From an uncultured Thermosynechococcus sp. (lineage in GTDB: Bacteria; Cyanobacteriota; Cyanobacteriia; Thermosynechococcales; Thermosynechococcaceae): DNA of 64,000 bases. Below, one piece after another: positions 31,988-42,675 of this stretch (within the stretch, counting starts at the first letter, position 1; every line of letters starts with the position of its first letter). The notes beneath the pieces are model-generated. The model had not been told where the DNA came from. It saw only the letters and a list, made by a program, of their open reading frames with translations, and made no database searches. The translations under genes and the position numbers were made by a program. Where the stretch lies: NCBI RefSeq assembly GCF_938074695.1, contig NZ_CALJEM010000055.1, positions 718 through 64,717 on the forward strand, given 5' to 3'.

Positions 31988-33352
31988 ATGCCAACTGTTC
32001 ATGTGATTGGTCTCGGTCGCTCTGGCATCGCCGCCGCCCGTTTACTGAAACGTCAAGGCTGGCAAGTGGAGGTGAGTGATAGGCGCCAAACCCCTGCCTT
32101 ACAATCCCAGCAGCAACTCCTCGAAGCCGAAGGCATTGCCGTTCAACTCAACTACGACTTTGATCTGCAAACCCTTGCTCATGTTGGCCTGCAAATACCC
32201 CATGAAATTGTCATTAGTCCCGGTGTGCCTTGGAACTCGCCCGCTTTGATTGCCGCTCGCCAAGCAGGCATCCCCGTGCGGGGGGAAGTGGCAATTGCGT
32301 GGCAGGCCCTTGGCCATCTGCCGTGGGTCTGTATTACGGGCACCAACGGCAAAACAACCACCACCGCCCTCACTGCTGCCATCTTTCAGGCAGCGGGGTA
32401 CAATGCTCCCGCCTGTGGCAACATCGGCAATAGTATTTGCGAGGTGGCTTTAACCGCCCACACCCTTGATTGGGTGATTGCCGAGATTAGTAGCTATCAA
32501 TTGGAGTCCAGCCCCCCCCTGCAACCCCAATTTGCCCTTTGGACCACCCTCACCCCGGATCACTTGGAACGCCACGGCACCCTTGAGGCCTATGTGGAAA
32601 CCAAAGCCCACCTAATGAACGGGGCTAAACAGGTGATCCTCAATGGGGATGATCCCTACCTGCGTCAGCACATGGTCAATCGCTGGCCACAAGCTTGGTG
32701 GATCACTACCCAGGGGGCGGCCGCCCTACCCAAGGGGATTGCCCAGGGCATCTATATTGCTGGGGATCAGGTGTGGGTTCAGGATCAGCCTCTGCTGCCC
32801 ACCCATGTCTTGCAGATGCCGGGTCAACACAATCAGCAAAACTTTCTGCTTGCGGTGGCAGCGGCACACCTGGCGGGGATTCCTGCGGCAACTATTGCCA
32901 AAGCGGTGGCGGGGTTTAACGGTGTGCCCCATCGTCTAGAGCGCATTCGCCAATGGCGACAGGTGGCGTGGATCAACGACAGTAAGGCCACCAATTATGA
33001 CGCCGCCGAAATTGGGTTGCGTTCTGTAACCGGCCCTGTGATTCTCATTGCCGGTGGGCAGGCGAAAAAGGGGGATGATCGCGCTTGGCTCAACTTAATT
33101 CAGGAAAAAGTTGCTTGGGTGCTCTTAATTGGTGAAGCGGCACCGCAGTTTGCGCAGCGTCTAGAAGCCATCGGCTTTACAAATTATGAGATCATAGAGA
33201 CACTGGATCGGGCAGTGGCGGCGGCTGCTGAACTGGTGACCCAGTACCCAATCAAAACTGTACTCTTTTCCCCTGCCTGTGCCAGCTTTGACCAATATCA
33301 AAATTTTGAAGAACGCGGTAATCACTTTCGTCAACTGTGCTTAGAGCTATGA
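31988..33352 (+). CDS. murD: UDP-N-acetylmuramoylalanine--D-glutamate ligase
   Basis: It has GLGRSG (Rossmann-like) and the [11 protein letters not shown] site. Confidence 0.94.
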   Translation: MPTVHVIGLGRSGIAAARLLKRQGWQVEVSDRRQTPALQSQQQLLEAEGIAVQLNYDFDLQTLAHVGLQIPHEIVISPGVPWNSPALIAARQAGIPVRGEVAIAWQALGHLPWVCITGTNGKTTTTALTAAIFQAAGYNAPACGNIGNSICEVALTAHTLDWVIAEISSYQLESSPPLQPQFALWTTLTPDHLERHGTLEAYVETKAHLMNGAKQVILNGDDPYLRQHMVNRWPQAWWITTQGAAALPKGIAQGIYIAGDQVWVQDQPLLPTHVLQMPGQHNQQNFLLAVAAAHLAGIPAATIAKAVAGFNGVPHRLERIRQWRQVAWINDSKATNYDAAEIGLRSVTGPVILIAGGQAKKGDDRAWLNLIQEKVAWVLLIGEAAPQFAQRLEAIGFTNYEIIETLDRAVAAAAELVTQYPIKTVLFSPACASFDQYQNFEERGNHFRQLCLEL

Positions 33353-34521
33353 GCCAATCTGCGGCCTCGGGTCACTGGTGGAATCGCCTTTCTATTCCCA
33401 GTCGGTTTCTAATTATTGGCTTGGCAGGGCCTATCCTGACGCTCAATTTTTGGGCATTTGCCACTGTTCTCAAGTTCTTCGGGCCTTTGGTTGCGGTGCT
33501 TGTTCTTGCCTCCCTATTTGCCTTTTTGCTGAACTATCCAGTGCGCTGGATGGAAGAACAGGGCAATCCGCGGGGGCCGTCGGCAGTGGTTGTCTTTCTG
33601 CTGGCACTGGTTTTGATTGCCATCATTGCCTTGGTCGTGGTGCCCAATCTCTTTAATCAGGCGCAGCAGCTCATTGCCCGCCTGCCAGAGTGGTTTAACT
33701 CTAGCCAACGCCGACTCTTGGAATTTGGGCTGTGGGTGGATTCCCTCAATTTACCGGTCACGGTAGATGTGGATGCCCTTGCCAACCAGTTGCTGGAAAA
33801 ACTCAAGGATCAACTGCAAAGCTTAGCGCGGGAGGCGCTGAATTTAATTTTGGGCACGGTGAGCAGTGTGGTGGATGTGCTGATTAATTTCATTTTGACT
33901 GTTGTTCTCACCTTCTATTTACTTCAGCACGGTGACGAACTGTGGGAGGGTCTGCTCAGTTGGTTGCCCGATACGCTGCGCCCCACAGTCTCAGAAACCA
34001 TTCGCCGTAGTTTTGAGAGCTATTTTATCGGTCAATTGGTGCTGGGGCTGTGCATGGGCATTGGCTTGACCACAATTTTTATCTTTTTGAAGGTACCCTA
34101 TGGCTTACTCTTTGGGGTGATCATTGGCGTGATGGCCTTGGTGCCCTTTGGCGGCACGGTGGGAATTATTTCCATTAGTTTACTGGTGGCACTTCAGGAT
34201 GTTTGGCTCTCCCTCAAGGTGGCGGGATTTTCGTTTCTCTTTCAGCAGTTTCTTGAAAATGTGGTGGCTCCCCGTATTATTGGCAGCTTTACGGGTCTGA
34301 ATCCGGTGTGGGTCTTTTTAGCAATTCTGACGGGGGCGCGGGCATCGGGCTTGGTGGGGGTCTTGATTGCAGTGCCGATCGCCGTGGTGATTAAAACCTT
34401 CCTTGTGAGCGTGCGATCGCGCCTTAATACCGAGGATGTGGATACCACCCTTGCGCTACCCGACAATCCGCCCCCCTTACCCCCTGTTTCTTCCTCGATG
34501 AAGCCCTCCTCGGTGGAGTAG
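33349..34521 (+). CDS. AI-2E family transporter (PerM/UPF0118)
   Basis: The start is trimmed to ATG 33349 (ATGA overlap with murD). It has multiple TM segments and the conserved ...VPFGG... region. Confidence 0.8.
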   Translation: MSQSAASGHWWNRLSIPSRFLIIGLAGPILTLNFWAFATVLKFFGPLVAVLVLASLFAFLLNYPVRWMEEQGNPRGPSAVVVFLLALVLIAIIALVVVPNLFNQAQQLIARLPEWFNSSQRRLLEFGLWVDSLNLPVTVDVDALANQLLEKLKDQLQSLAREALNLILGTVSSVVDVLINFILTVVLTFYLLQHGDELWEGLLSWLPDTLRPTVSETIRRSFESYFIGQLVLGLCMGIGLTTIFIFLKVPYGLLFGVIIGVMALVPFGGTVGIISISLLVALQDVWLSLKVAGFSFLFQQFLENVVAPRIIGSFTGLNPVWVFLAILTGARASGLVGVLIAVPIAVVIKTFLVSVRSRLNTEDVDTTLALPDNPPPLPPVSSSMKPSSVE

Positions 34522-34525
34522 AACC

Positions 34526-35203
34526 ATGCGGCGTGCCCTTCATCCCGGAATTGTTACCTCCCTTGTTTTGATCGGTACAACCGCCGCCATTACCCTTGTC
34601 ACGGCTTTGATCGGCTACCATTTGGGGCGAGAGTCATTGCGCGGTGTATCCCAGCCGGTGGTGAATCCCATCCTTGGCAGTGCCGTGAATGCAAATGATC
34701 AAAGCCAAGGGGAGCGATCGCCCATTCTGGACGAAGCACAGATCATTGCCCAAACCAAGGCTCGCATTGCCGAAATGACCCAAAGCTCTGGCGATCGCGA
34801 GATTGTGCCGGCCCCCACCGCCTCCAATGAACCGCCGGCAACGGACTCAGAAGCCAGTCGGCCATTGCCCATTGTGGCTGAGGACAAGGGAGTGCGCTTG
34901 GAAATTAGCCGTGTGGACACTATTGGCCAAGATTTAGCCCTGCACGTTAGCTTGAAAAACGACAGTAGCCAAGGGGTACAGTTTATCTACACCTTCCTCG
35001 AAATCAAAAATGACAAAGGCACCCTTTTGAGCGCCCTGACCGAAGGCCTACCGACGGAATTGCCCGCCGGCAGTGATCTGGTCAAAGGCACGATTCTTAT
35101 TCCCAAAAGCCTCCTCGGTAATACAAAAACCTTGACCCTGCGCCTTGCTAGCTATCCCAATCAGGATGTGCAATTGCAAGCTGCCAATATTCCCGTGGAG
35201 TAG
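34526..35203 (+). CDS. Hypothetical membrane-anchored protein (225 aa)
   Basis: It has an N-terminal TM (IVTSLVLIGTTAAITLVTALIGY) and a beta-rich C-terminal part. No family recognised. Confidence 0.6.
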   Translation: MRRALHPGIVTSLVLIGTTAAITLVTALIGYHLGRESLRGVSQPVVNPILGSAVNANDQSQGERSPILDEAQIIAQTKARIAEMTQSSGDREIVPAPTASNEPPATDSEASRPLPIVAEDKGVRLEISRVDTIGQDLALHVSLKNDSSQGVQFIYTFLEIKNDKGTLLSALTEGLPTELPAGSDLVKGTILIPKSLLGNTKTLTLRLASYPNQDVQLQAANIPVE

Positions 35204-35205
35204 CC

Positions 35206-36006
35206 ATGCCCGCCGCTGAATTTGTTCAAAAATGCCTGAGTGCTCGCGATTGGGTGCGGGTACGGGCGGATCTGACGGGCAAGACCACGTTTATCGCGTG
35301 GCAGGGAGCCGTGTATAGCTTTGTTCCCCAAGAGCGTCACCGTCATCTATTCAACATTGTTGGCATGAGTGCCGCTCGCTGTTTGCCCCATCCGGAGGGG
35401 GGGTGGTATTTTCTCTCCCGTGAGTTGACGTTTTATCTTGATCCGGAGCGTCAATCGGTGTGTGATCGCTGACACAACCCTTGGACAGAAGAAACAGTGC
35501 CTGTCCTTCCCGTGGTTAATGATCCCGTGCAGGGGCTATTTCGCCGCGAGGTGCCTGCTCAAGTCAGTGAACACACCACTACCTTTCAGTTTGATCTGTT
35601 TCCCTATTACGACAACCCCCTTGGGGGTGAGGAACGGTTTCGGCCCTACAGCCCCCAGCCCATCTACCAAGTGGCGGAACTCTTTAAGCTCACGGTGGCT
35701 ACTGCTGATTTACAGCAGGATACGGAGACAATTGCCGATGTTCACTTGTGTTGGAGTCGAATTGGCCCTTGGCTGCCTTGGATGAAGATGGGCGATCGCC
35801 CCGGCTATCTCATTTATAGTGCCACAGGCTGCAAAGCCCTCACCGTTGAAGATTTACCCTCGCTTTTGCAAGAGCAATTAGAACGACTGCCCCGATACCG
35901 TGAAGCCCCTACCGAATATCGCGAGGGTGCCGATATGACTTCTTGGCTGTATTTTCAGGAGCACTTTGAGGCCTATTTGGAGGGGGCAGTGTTTCCAGGG
36001 ACTTGA
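35206..36006 (+). pseudogene. DUF1838-like gene interrupted by one in-frame TGA (35470-35472)
   Basis: ORFs 35206-35472 and 35497-36006 are in the same frame. The joined reading ...LDPERQSVCDR*HNPWTEETVPVLPVVNDPVQ puts the stop where the family motif W-x-NP-x-T...NDPV (from memory) has Trp. Confidence 0.6.
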
Positions 36007-36072
36007 TGAATACCAACCTGTTCCTATTCCCCTGGGGGCAGGCTATCCCCAACCGTAGTCAGCCTTTTTTGC

Positions 36073-37095
36073 TTAAATTAACCCTTGGGCAATCAGGGAT
36101 TCGGCAATTTGCACCGCATTCAAGGCTGCTCCCTTACGGATTTGATCGCCACACAGCCACAGTTCAAGGGCATTGGGTTCGGAAATATCTTGGCGCAGCC
36201 GTCCCACCAGCACGGGATCCTTGCCTGTGGCCTCTAGGGGCATGGGAAAATAGTTGCGCTGCCAATCCTCAACAAACTGGACTCCTGCCGCCTGTTGTAG
36301 GCGATCGCGCGCCTCTTGCAGCGGAAAAGGCTCAAAAAATTCCACATTCAGCGCCTCTGAATGGGCACGCAGCACTGGAACTCGAACACAGGTAGCCGTC
36401 AGCCGCAACTCTGGGGCATGGAAAATTTTGCGGGTTTCATTGACCATCTTCATCTCCTCTTGGCAGTAGCCCTGCTCATTCAAAGGAGAATTGTGGGGAA
36501 ACAGGTTAAAGGCCAAAGGGTAGGGAAAGACCTCTGTGCGCGGTGGCTGCCCCTTGAGAATATCGAGGGCTTGATCCTTGAGTTCTTGCATGGCCTTAGC
36601 TCCCGCCCCACTGGCAGACTGGTAGGTAGCCGCGACAATGCGCCGAATTGGCCGCACCCGATGCAATGGCCATAGTGCCACTGTCATCAAAATCGTGGTG
36701 CAGTTGGGATTGGCAATAATGCCTTGGTGTGTTTTTAGATCTTCAGGGTTGACTTCGGGCACCACCAAAGGCACATTGGGTTCCATGCGATAGGCACTGG
36801 AATTATCGATGGCGATCGCTCCCCCTTTGATGGCGATCGGTAGCCACTGCCGCGACACAGTTGCCCCCGCCGACGCCAAAATCAAATCCAGCCCCTTGAG
36901 GGTTTCCTCGCTCACCGCCTGTACCGGCAGCACCGTCCCACCAAAAGAGAGGGTTTGACCCGCTGAACGCGGTGAAGCCAAAAGACGCAACTCGGCTACT
37001 GGAAACGATCGCTCCGCCAAAATGGTCAAAATTTCCGTACCAACGGCACCTGTAGCCCCTAAGATGCCAACCCGTAATCCCTGTGCCAATGCCAT
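36073..37095 (-). CDS. asd: Aspartate-semialdehyde dehydrogenase
   Basis: It has GATGAVG and the active-site context IIANPNCTT. Confidence 0.94.
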   Translation of the reverse strand: MALAQGLRVGILGATGAVGTEILTILAERSFPVAELRLLASPRSAGQTLSFGGTVLPVQAVSEETLKGLDLILASAGATVSRQWLPIAIKGGAIAIDNSSAYRMEPNVPLVVPEVNPEDLKTHQGIIANPNCTTILMTVALWPLHRVRPIRRIVAATYQSASGAGAKAMQELKDQALDILKGQPPRTEVFPYPLAFNLFPHNSPLNEQGYCQEEMKMVNETRKIFHAPELRLTATCVRVPVLRAHSEALNVEFFEPFPLQEARDRLQQAAGVQFVEDWQRNYFPMPLEATGKDPVLVGRLRQDISEPNALELWLCGDQIRKGAALNAVQIAESLIAQGLI

Positions 37096-37169
37096 GCCTC
37101 CTAGGAATATAAGCCCATTTTACGCTCCTTGAGAATGGGAGAATAGCCGAACCGGTTCAGTCCTTGGTT

Positions 37170-37706
37170 TTACCCCTCGGTAAGGGCAGGTGTAGTGGGG
37201 GTCAGTTTGGCCGCAGGCGGATTGAGATTAGTGGGAAGAATTTGCATTAGGCTTGCCATCTCAAGGGCGTTGAGGGCGTATTCCCAACCTTTGTTGCTTT
37301 TGATGCCGGCCCGTTCGAGCGCCTGTTGCATGGTGTCTGTGGTAAGGATGCCGTAGATAATGGGCACCCCGGTTTGCATCGAGGCGGTGGCAATGCCTTT
37401 GGTAACTTCAGCAGCCACATAGTCAAAGTGGGGAGTTTGGCCACGGATGATAGCACCCAAGCAGATAATTGCTGCGTAGCGACGACTAGCCGCCAGTTGA
37501 GCTGCCACTAGGGGAATTTCAAAACTACCGGGTACCCAAGCATAGTCCACTTGAGAACCATGGGGATTGGGGTCAACCCCATGGCGGCGCAGGCAATCTT
37601 GGCAGCCCTCTAGGAGCTTGGTTGTAATCAAGTCATTGAAGCGGGAAATCACGATGCCAAAGCGAGGGGTTCCCCGAACTGAATAGGTGCCTTCAAAAAC
37701 AGCCAT
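37170..37706 (-). CDS. ribH: 6,7-dimethyl-8-ribityllumazine synthase
   Basis: The start is trimmed to ATG 37706. [14 protein letters not shown] and VPGSFEIP are present, with a C-terminal extension of about 25 aa. Confidence 0.9.
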   Translation of the reverse strand: MAVFEGTYSVRGTPRFGIVISRFNDLITTKLLEGCQDCLRRHGVDPNPHGSQVDYAWVPGSFEIPLVAAQLAASRRYAAIICLGAIIRGQTPHFDYVAAEVTKGIATASMQTGVPIIYGILTTDTMQQALERAGIKSNKGWEYALNALEMASLMQILPTNLNPPAAKLTPTTPALTEG

Positions 37707-37753
37707 AGGTGGAGGTGCCAAATCTTACCCCAAAGAGTATAACCTGCAACCGC

Positions 37754-38227
37754 CTAGGCGGTGCGATCGCCCTGCTCCACAAGGGAGTGTTGGGACTGCC
37801 ACCGCTGCACAATACCGGTTAATTTGGCAACGAACGGGTCAGGGGCTAAATCAGGATGAAATTCACTAATTCTTGTATCAGCACGGGGTTCTGAGGGACG
37901 GGAGGAGCCAGCTTCAGGCACACTAATCGGCAGTGACTGGCAGATGATGGCTTCAAACTCGCTGTTGAAGTGATAGATGGGTTGCTCACGCCGTTGCCAC
38001 AGTTGTAAAATCTGCTCAACAGAGATGGCTTTATAGCGCCCTAGATAAAGGGCTTCAATGAGGGCGAGGCGAATCCAACGGGGCGGGAAGTGACGCAGCC
38101 AGCGATCTAAAATGGCTTCAACCGAGGAGCCATCGAGATCAAACCCATATTGACGTAGCAGGCGATCGGCAGCCTGAATGGCGGCATTGTTGCCAATGTG
38201 TGCCATGCGCCAATGTTGCACTCCCAT
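37754..38227 (-). CDS. Hypothetical conserved protein
   Basis: The ORF is 37754-38332. The start is probably internal (ATG 38227 or 38206), because thiG starts divergently at 38364. Confidence 0.5.
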   Translation of the reverse strand: MGVQHWRMAHIGNNAAIQAADRLLRQYGFDLDGSSVEAILDRWLRHFPPRWIRLALIEALYLGRYKAISVEQILQLWQRREQPIYHFNSEFEAIICQSLPISVPEAGSSRPSEPRADTRISEFHPDLAPDPFVAKLTGIVQRWQSQHSLVEQGDRTA

Positions 38228-38363
38228 AGGTATGGTGCCTCTATCATGCCACAAGTTATCCAAGGTCGCGGCTTTACGACAGAAGCTATAGAACCCAATC
38301 GGTGTAAAAAAGGCTGTATGGTAGAAAGGCAAGCCCTCCTACTTTTCACTTCACAAGTGCATC

Positions 38364-39191
38364 ATGGTGACTGCACCTGCTCCTGAGCTGTTGATTCAAG
38401 ATACCCCGCTCACAATCGCCGGGCGGCAGTTCCATTCACGCCTGATGACCGGCACCGGCAAATACCGCTCCATTGCTGATTTACAAGCGAGTGTTGCCGC
38501 CAGTGGCTGTGAAATTGTTACGGTGGCTGTCCGTCGCGTCCAGACCAATGCGCCTGGTCATGAAGGCCTTGTGGATGCCCTAGATTGGTCGAAAATTTGG
38601 CTCCTGCCCAACACCGCAGGTTGCCAAACCGCAGAAGAGGCAATTCGCGTTGCCCGTTTAGGTCGGGAAATGGCTAAGCTCCTTGGTCAAGAGGACAACA
38701 ACTTTGTGAAGCTAGAGGTCATTCCCGACCCGAAGTACCTGCTGCCGGATCCCTTTGGCACGCTCACAGCCGCAGAGCAACTGGTCAAGGAAGGATTTGC
38801 CGTTCTTCCCTACATCAATGCGGATCCCCTGCTGGCCAAACGCCTTGAGGAAGTAGGCTGTGTCACCGTGATGCCCCTTGCCTCCCCCATTGGTTCAGGC
38901 CAAGGGCTACGCAATGCCGCCAATATTCAAATCATCATTGAGCAGGCGCATGTTCCCGTTGTCATTGATGCTGGAATTGGCACCCCCAGTGAGGCTGCCG
39001 CGGCAATGGAGTTGGGCGCCGATGCCCTTTTGATTAATACCGCGATCGCCCAAGCGGGCAATGCCCCGGCAATGGCCAAGGCTATGGCACTTGCAACCAC
39101 TGCTGGCCGTCTTGCCTACCTTGCAGGGCGCATCCCCGTAAAAGCCTACGCCAGTGCCAGTTCTCCTCTCAGCGGCAGGATTGGTGATTGA
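38364..39191 (+). CDS. thiG: Thiazole synthase
   Basis: It has [27 protein letters not shown] and IDAGIGTPS. Confidence 0.94.
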   Translation: MVTAPAPELLIQDTPLTIAGRQFHSRLMTGTGKYRSIADLQASVAASGCEIVTVAVRRVQTNAPGHEGLVDALDWSKIWLLPNTAGCQTAEEAIRVARLGREMAKLLGQEDNNFVKLEVIPDPKYLLPDPFGTLTAAEQLVKEGFAVLPYINADPLLAKRLEEVGCVTVMPLASPIGSGQGLRNAANIQIIIEQAHVPVVIDAGIGTPSEAAAAMELGADALLINTAIAQAGNAPAMAKAMALATTAGRLAYLAGRIPVKAYASASSPLSGRIGD

Positions 39192-40351
39192 TGATCCGCG
39201 AACTCCTAGGCGGACTGCTCTTCCTTCTCACCCTCACTGGCAGCCTCTTCTATTGCGTAGCCTTGGGGGTAACATGGCAGTTCTTTAGCCGCAAGCGCCC
39301 TACTCCCCCTCGCGTTGCACCTTCGGTGTCGCTGCTGGTGCCGATTTGTGGCCTAGAAGCAAGGGCATGGCAGAACTGGTCTTCCCTGTGTTGCCAAGAT
39401 TATCCTACCTATGAGGTGCTCTTTGGGATTCAGCAGCCAATGGATGCTGCCGTTTCCGTCGTGGATCAGATTTGTCGGCAGTACCCTGAGCGTGCTCGCT
39501 GGTACCTTTGTTCTGAGCAGCATGGCTACAACCGCAAAGCAAACAATGTTTTTCAGTTATTCCGCCACGCCCGCTACGACATTATTGTCGAGGTGGATAG
39601 CGATGTCGCTGTGGATCCCCACTATTTGCAGACAATTACAGCTCCGTTTGCAGATCCGCAGGTGGGGGTGGTGACCTGTGGCTACATTGACCCGCATCCC
39701 CAACACCTAGGAGCTGCTTTCTTGGCTCTCGGTCGCTGCATTGACTTTATCCCTGGCGTTTTAGTTGCCCGCCTCCTCGATGGTGGCTTGCGCTTTGCCA
39801 TTGGGCCAACTGTTGCCCTGCGGCGTCAGGTTCTAGACCAAATGGGCGGATTTGCTGCCGTTTTAGACCGCATTGGCGAAGATTATCATCTCGGCTACCG
39901 CGCTTGGAAACTGGGCTATCGGGTCGAACTCTCCCCCTATATCCTGAAGAATGACTGTGGCAATGACTCTTTCTGGAAGGCGGTACAACGGGAACTGCGC
40001 TGGGCACGCTCCATTCGCGCCAATCGCGGCAATCAGTACTTTGGCATGGTGTTTATGTTTGGCACGGTCTATAGTGCTCTGCTGTGGGGACTGTTTCCAA
40101 CCCCCTGGACCCTCAGCGTATTTCTGGGAGTTCAGGGCATTCGCTGGTTGCAGGCCATTATCAGCATGGTCTTGATGGGGACGCCTCGGTTACTGTTGTG
40201 GCTGTGGCTATTGCCCCTGCGGGAGGTAATGAGCTTTCTCATTTGGCTGGGGGGCTGTTTTGGCGATCGCATCTATTGGCGGGGTCGCTGGCTGCGGGTC
40301 AGTCGCCACGGTCAATTGCAAGAAATTGTTAAGGATTCTCAAAAGTCCTAA
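39191..40351 (+). CDS. Membrane glycosyltransferase, GT2 superfamily (GT21/ceramide-glucosyltransferase-like)
   Basis: It has an N-terminal TM, VSLLVPICG, EVDSDV (DxD) and the QRELRWARS (QxxRW) motif, with C-terminal TMs. Confidence 0.75.
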   Translation: MIRELLGGLLFLLTLTGSLFYCVALGVTWQFFSRKRPTPPRVAPSVSLLVPICGLEARAWQNWSSLCCQDYPTYEVLFGIQQPMDAAVSVVDQICRQYPERARWYLCSEQHGYNRKANNVFQLFRHARYDIIVEVDSDVAVDPHYLQTITAPFADPQVGVVTCGYIDPHPQHLGAAFLALGRCIDFIPGVLVARLLDGGLRFAIGPTVALRRQVLDQMGGFAAVLDRIGEDYHLGYRAWKLGYRVELSPYILKNDCGNDSFWKAVQRELRWARSIRANRGNQYFGMVFMFGTVYSALLWGLFPTPWTLSVFLGVQGIRWLQAIISMVLMGTPRLLLWLWLLPLREVMSFLIWLGGCFGDRIYWRGRWLRVSRHGQLQEIVKDSQKS

Positions 40352-40404
40352 GGTTTGCTTGTTAGAATAGCCCCACTGAAAATCTGGAATTGAGGTGTGT
40401 TGCG

Positions 40405-40575
40405 ATGCGCTATACCATTGAGGAGGGTGGTCGCCTCAACAACTTTGCCATTGAACCCAAAGTTTATCAGGCGCAGCCTTGGACGCGACAGCAAAAAGTA
40501 CGGGCAGCTCTGGTGGTGGTGGGCGGATTGCTCTTAGTCGCCGGCTTGGTGGCGATCGCCATAGGAGTGAGCTAA
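40405..40575 (+). CDS. psb34: Psb34-like (Ssl1498 family) single-TM protein
   Basis: 56 aa: MRYTIEEGGRLNNFAIEPKVYQAQPW... plus a C-terminal TM. The gene distance from pixD is compatible with tsl0063 versus tll0078 in T. elongatus BP-1 (from memory). Confidence 0.55.
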   Translation: MRYTIEEGGRLNNFAIEPKVYQAQPWTRQQKVRAALVVVGGLLLVAGLVAIAIGVS

Positions 40576-40576
40576 T

Positions 40577-41194
40577 CTGCTCTGCCTCGGTTTTGATACA
40601 AGCGATGCCCCCCTAGTTGCCGGCCTCTATGACTTAAGGGCGCATCAATTGCTTGAGGTTAAAACTTGGTTTTTGGGTCGTGCACTGGCCAGCCAGCTAC
40701 ACCCCTGCCTGAATGAATTTATGGGTTCCTATGCTTGGGGCGAGATAGGCGCAATCGCCGTCGGTTGTGGTCCGGGTAGCTTTACGGGAACGCGCTTGGG
40801 GGTAGTGACTGCCCGCGTCTTAGCCCAGCAATTGGAGGTGCCCCTTCTGGGTCTATCTAGCCTTGGGACAATCGCCTGGCACTATCGCTATGAACTGCGA
40901 GAACAGGATGGGGTGGTGTCGCGGCGTGCCCAGCAGGGGCATCAATACCTTGGCATTTACCGTTATCAGGGGGGCAGTCTTAACTCGGTGTGGGGCGATC
41001 GCCTACTTGCTGACAGTGAAGCAGAAGCCCTCTTAGCCTCTTGGCTTTACCCCTACCGGCCCTTGGCTCCCCCCCCTCCCAGGGACTACGGCTGCGCCCT
41101 GCTGACATGGGCAGCCCACCGGTGGCACGATACACTAAGGGCAGGGAAAGAATTTCCCCATTGGTCAAGCGTGGTGCCCCTTTATGGCAAATAA
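40577..41194 (+). CDS. tsaB: tRNA t6A biosynthesis protein TsaB (YeaZ)
   Basis: GPGSFTGTRLGVVTAR is a core motif. The conserved N-terminus LLCLGFDTSD lies upstream of the first canonical start (TTG 40649). The 5' limit given here is CTG 40577 and is uncertain. Confidence 0.7.
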   Translation: MLCLGFDTSDAPLVAGLYDLRAHQLLEVKTWFLGRALASQLHPCLNEFMGSYAWGEIGAIAVGCGPGSFTGTRLGVVTARVLAQQLEVPLLGLSSLGTIAWHYRYELREQDGVVSRRAQQGHQYLGIYRYQGGSLNSVWGDRLLADSEAEALLASWLYPYRPLAPPPPRDYGCALLTWAAHRWHDTLRAGKEFPHWSSVVPLYGK

Positions 41195-42662
41195 CTGGGA
41201 ACTCGGTCGCTTTCTCGATACCCTGCGCTTTTTTCAAGCTTTGCCGCTTGTGGGAACGTTAGAGCCACTACGCCCTGTGCTGGCACCCCTTTTGCCGGAT
41301 CTCTTTGAGCCGCCCGCCTATCGCGGCAGTGGCCTAGTGGTGGTGATGGGGGCAACGGGTCGAACGGGTCAAGCGGTGGTGAAAACCCTCCTAAATCAGG
41401 GCTATGCGGTGCGGGCAGTGGTGCGCGATCGCGCCAAGGCGGAGCAGGTACTTCCCCCCGCTCCTTTTTTAGAGATTACAGTGGCCGATGTCACTCAACC
41501 CCTTCCCGCCGATCTCCTGCAGGGTAGTCGGGCGGTGATCAACTGTGTCGGGGCCAAGGTACAGCCCAATCCCAACGCGCCACCGCCGGGTCTTGAAATT
41601 GTCGGTGCTAGTCCAGAGGCCGTTGAATTCGAGGGGATGCGGCATCTGTTGGAACGCGCTCAACCCTACTTTCAAAGTCAGCCCAACACCTATCCCCTCT
41701 TTGACTACCGCTATCCCACGCCCCCGTTGAGGGAGGTTTGGGGTGCCCTTGATGATGTGGTCATGGGCGGCGTCAGTGCCAGTCAGTTTTACCTCAAGGA
41801 GCACAGTGCTCTTTTTACGGGGCTGGTTTCTACGGAAAATGCCGGCGGGTTTGTTTCCATCCGTACCCGCAACCTCAATCCCCCCCTCAACCTCCAAGGG
41901 TACACGGGCATTCAACTGCGGGTTCGCGGCGATGGTCAGCGCTATAAATTTTTCCTGCGCAGTGACCCAGCGTGGGATGGCATCGGCTATGCCCTGTCCT
42001 TTGACACGGTGGCCGATCAGTGGATCACGGTTGAATTGCCCTTCAGCCACTTTATCCCCGTGTTTCGGGCACGCACTGCCCCCAATGCGCCGCCCCTCAA
42101 TGTGGGGCAAATCTACTCGCTGCAATTGATGCTCAGCAAATTTGAGTACGACGGTGCCCTCAATCCCCACTTCCGCCGCGGCACTTTCAGCCTTGAGATT
42201 GAATCGCTCCAAGCCTATGGAAATGTGCCCTTGCCGCGCATCATTCAGGTGAGTTCGGCGGGGGTTACCCGTCCACAGCAGGCAAGTCTGAACCTCAAGG
42301 GACAGCCCTTGGCAGTGCAATACAACGAGCAACTGGGGGGCATCCTTACTTGGAAACTGGCGGCAGAAAATCTGCTGCGCCAAAGTGGCCTACCCTATAC
42401 CATTGTTCGCCCCTGTGGCCTGACGGATCAGCCCGGTGGCAAAGACCTACGCCTTGATCAAGGCGATCGCCTGACGGGGTCTCTGAGTCGCGAAGATTTA
42501 GCCGCATTTCTGGTTAGTTTGCTGAATTTGCCTGTGGCCTGCTATCGCACGGTGGAAGTGGCAGCCACAGATCAACCCGCTGCGGCGACTCCCAACTGGG
42601 CAATTCGCCTTGCGCAACTGTCTAGCGATTGCCTACGGCACGCTGAAAGCGATCGCCCCTAG
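41184..42662 (+). CDS. NAD(P)-binding (NmrA/SDR-like) protein with an inserted CIA30-like domain
   Basis: It has a Rossmann motif VVVMGATGRTGQAVV and a central region (VMGGVS.S....FTG..S....GGF.S.R) typical of the complex I intermediate-associated CIA30 domain. Confidence 0.72.
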   Translation: MANNWELGRFLDTLRFFQALPLVGTLEPLRPVLAPLLPDLFEPPAYRGSGLVVVMGATGRTGQAVVKTLLNQGYAVRAVVRDRAKAEQVLPPAPFLEITVADVTQPLPADLLQGSRAVINCVGAKVQPNPNAPPPGLEIVGASPEAVEFEGMRHLLERAQPYFQSQPNTYPLFDYRYPTPPLREVWGALDDVVMGGVSASQFYLKEHSALFTGLVSTENAGGFVSIRTRNLNPPLNLQGYTGIQLRVRGDGQRYKFFLRSDPAWDGIGYALSFDTVADQWITVELPFSHFIPVFRARTAPNAPPLNVGQIYSLQLMLSKFEYDGALNPHFRRGTFSLEIESLQAYGNVPLPRIIQVSSAGVTRPQQASLNLKGQPLAVQYNEQLGGILTWKLAAENLLRQSGLPYTIVRPCGLTDQPGGKDLRLDQGDRLTGSLSREDLAAFLVSLLNLPVACYRTVEVAATDQPAAATPNWAIRLAQLSSDCLRHAESDRP

Positions 42663-42675
42663 GAGATGCTCTCAA

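Noticed and set aside
35470-35472. The in-frame TGA of the DUF1838-like gene as a selenocysteine codon.
   Set aside because: The family position is expected to be Trp, not Cys/Sec. I see no SECIS-like hairpin immediately downstream. A nonsense mutation or readthrough is the simpler explanation.
41469-42383. A 304-aa minus-strand ORF.
   Set aside because: It is fully antisense to the NAD-binding/CIA30 gene, which has clear motifs. Long antisense ORFs are common in this GC-rich, stop-poor sequence.
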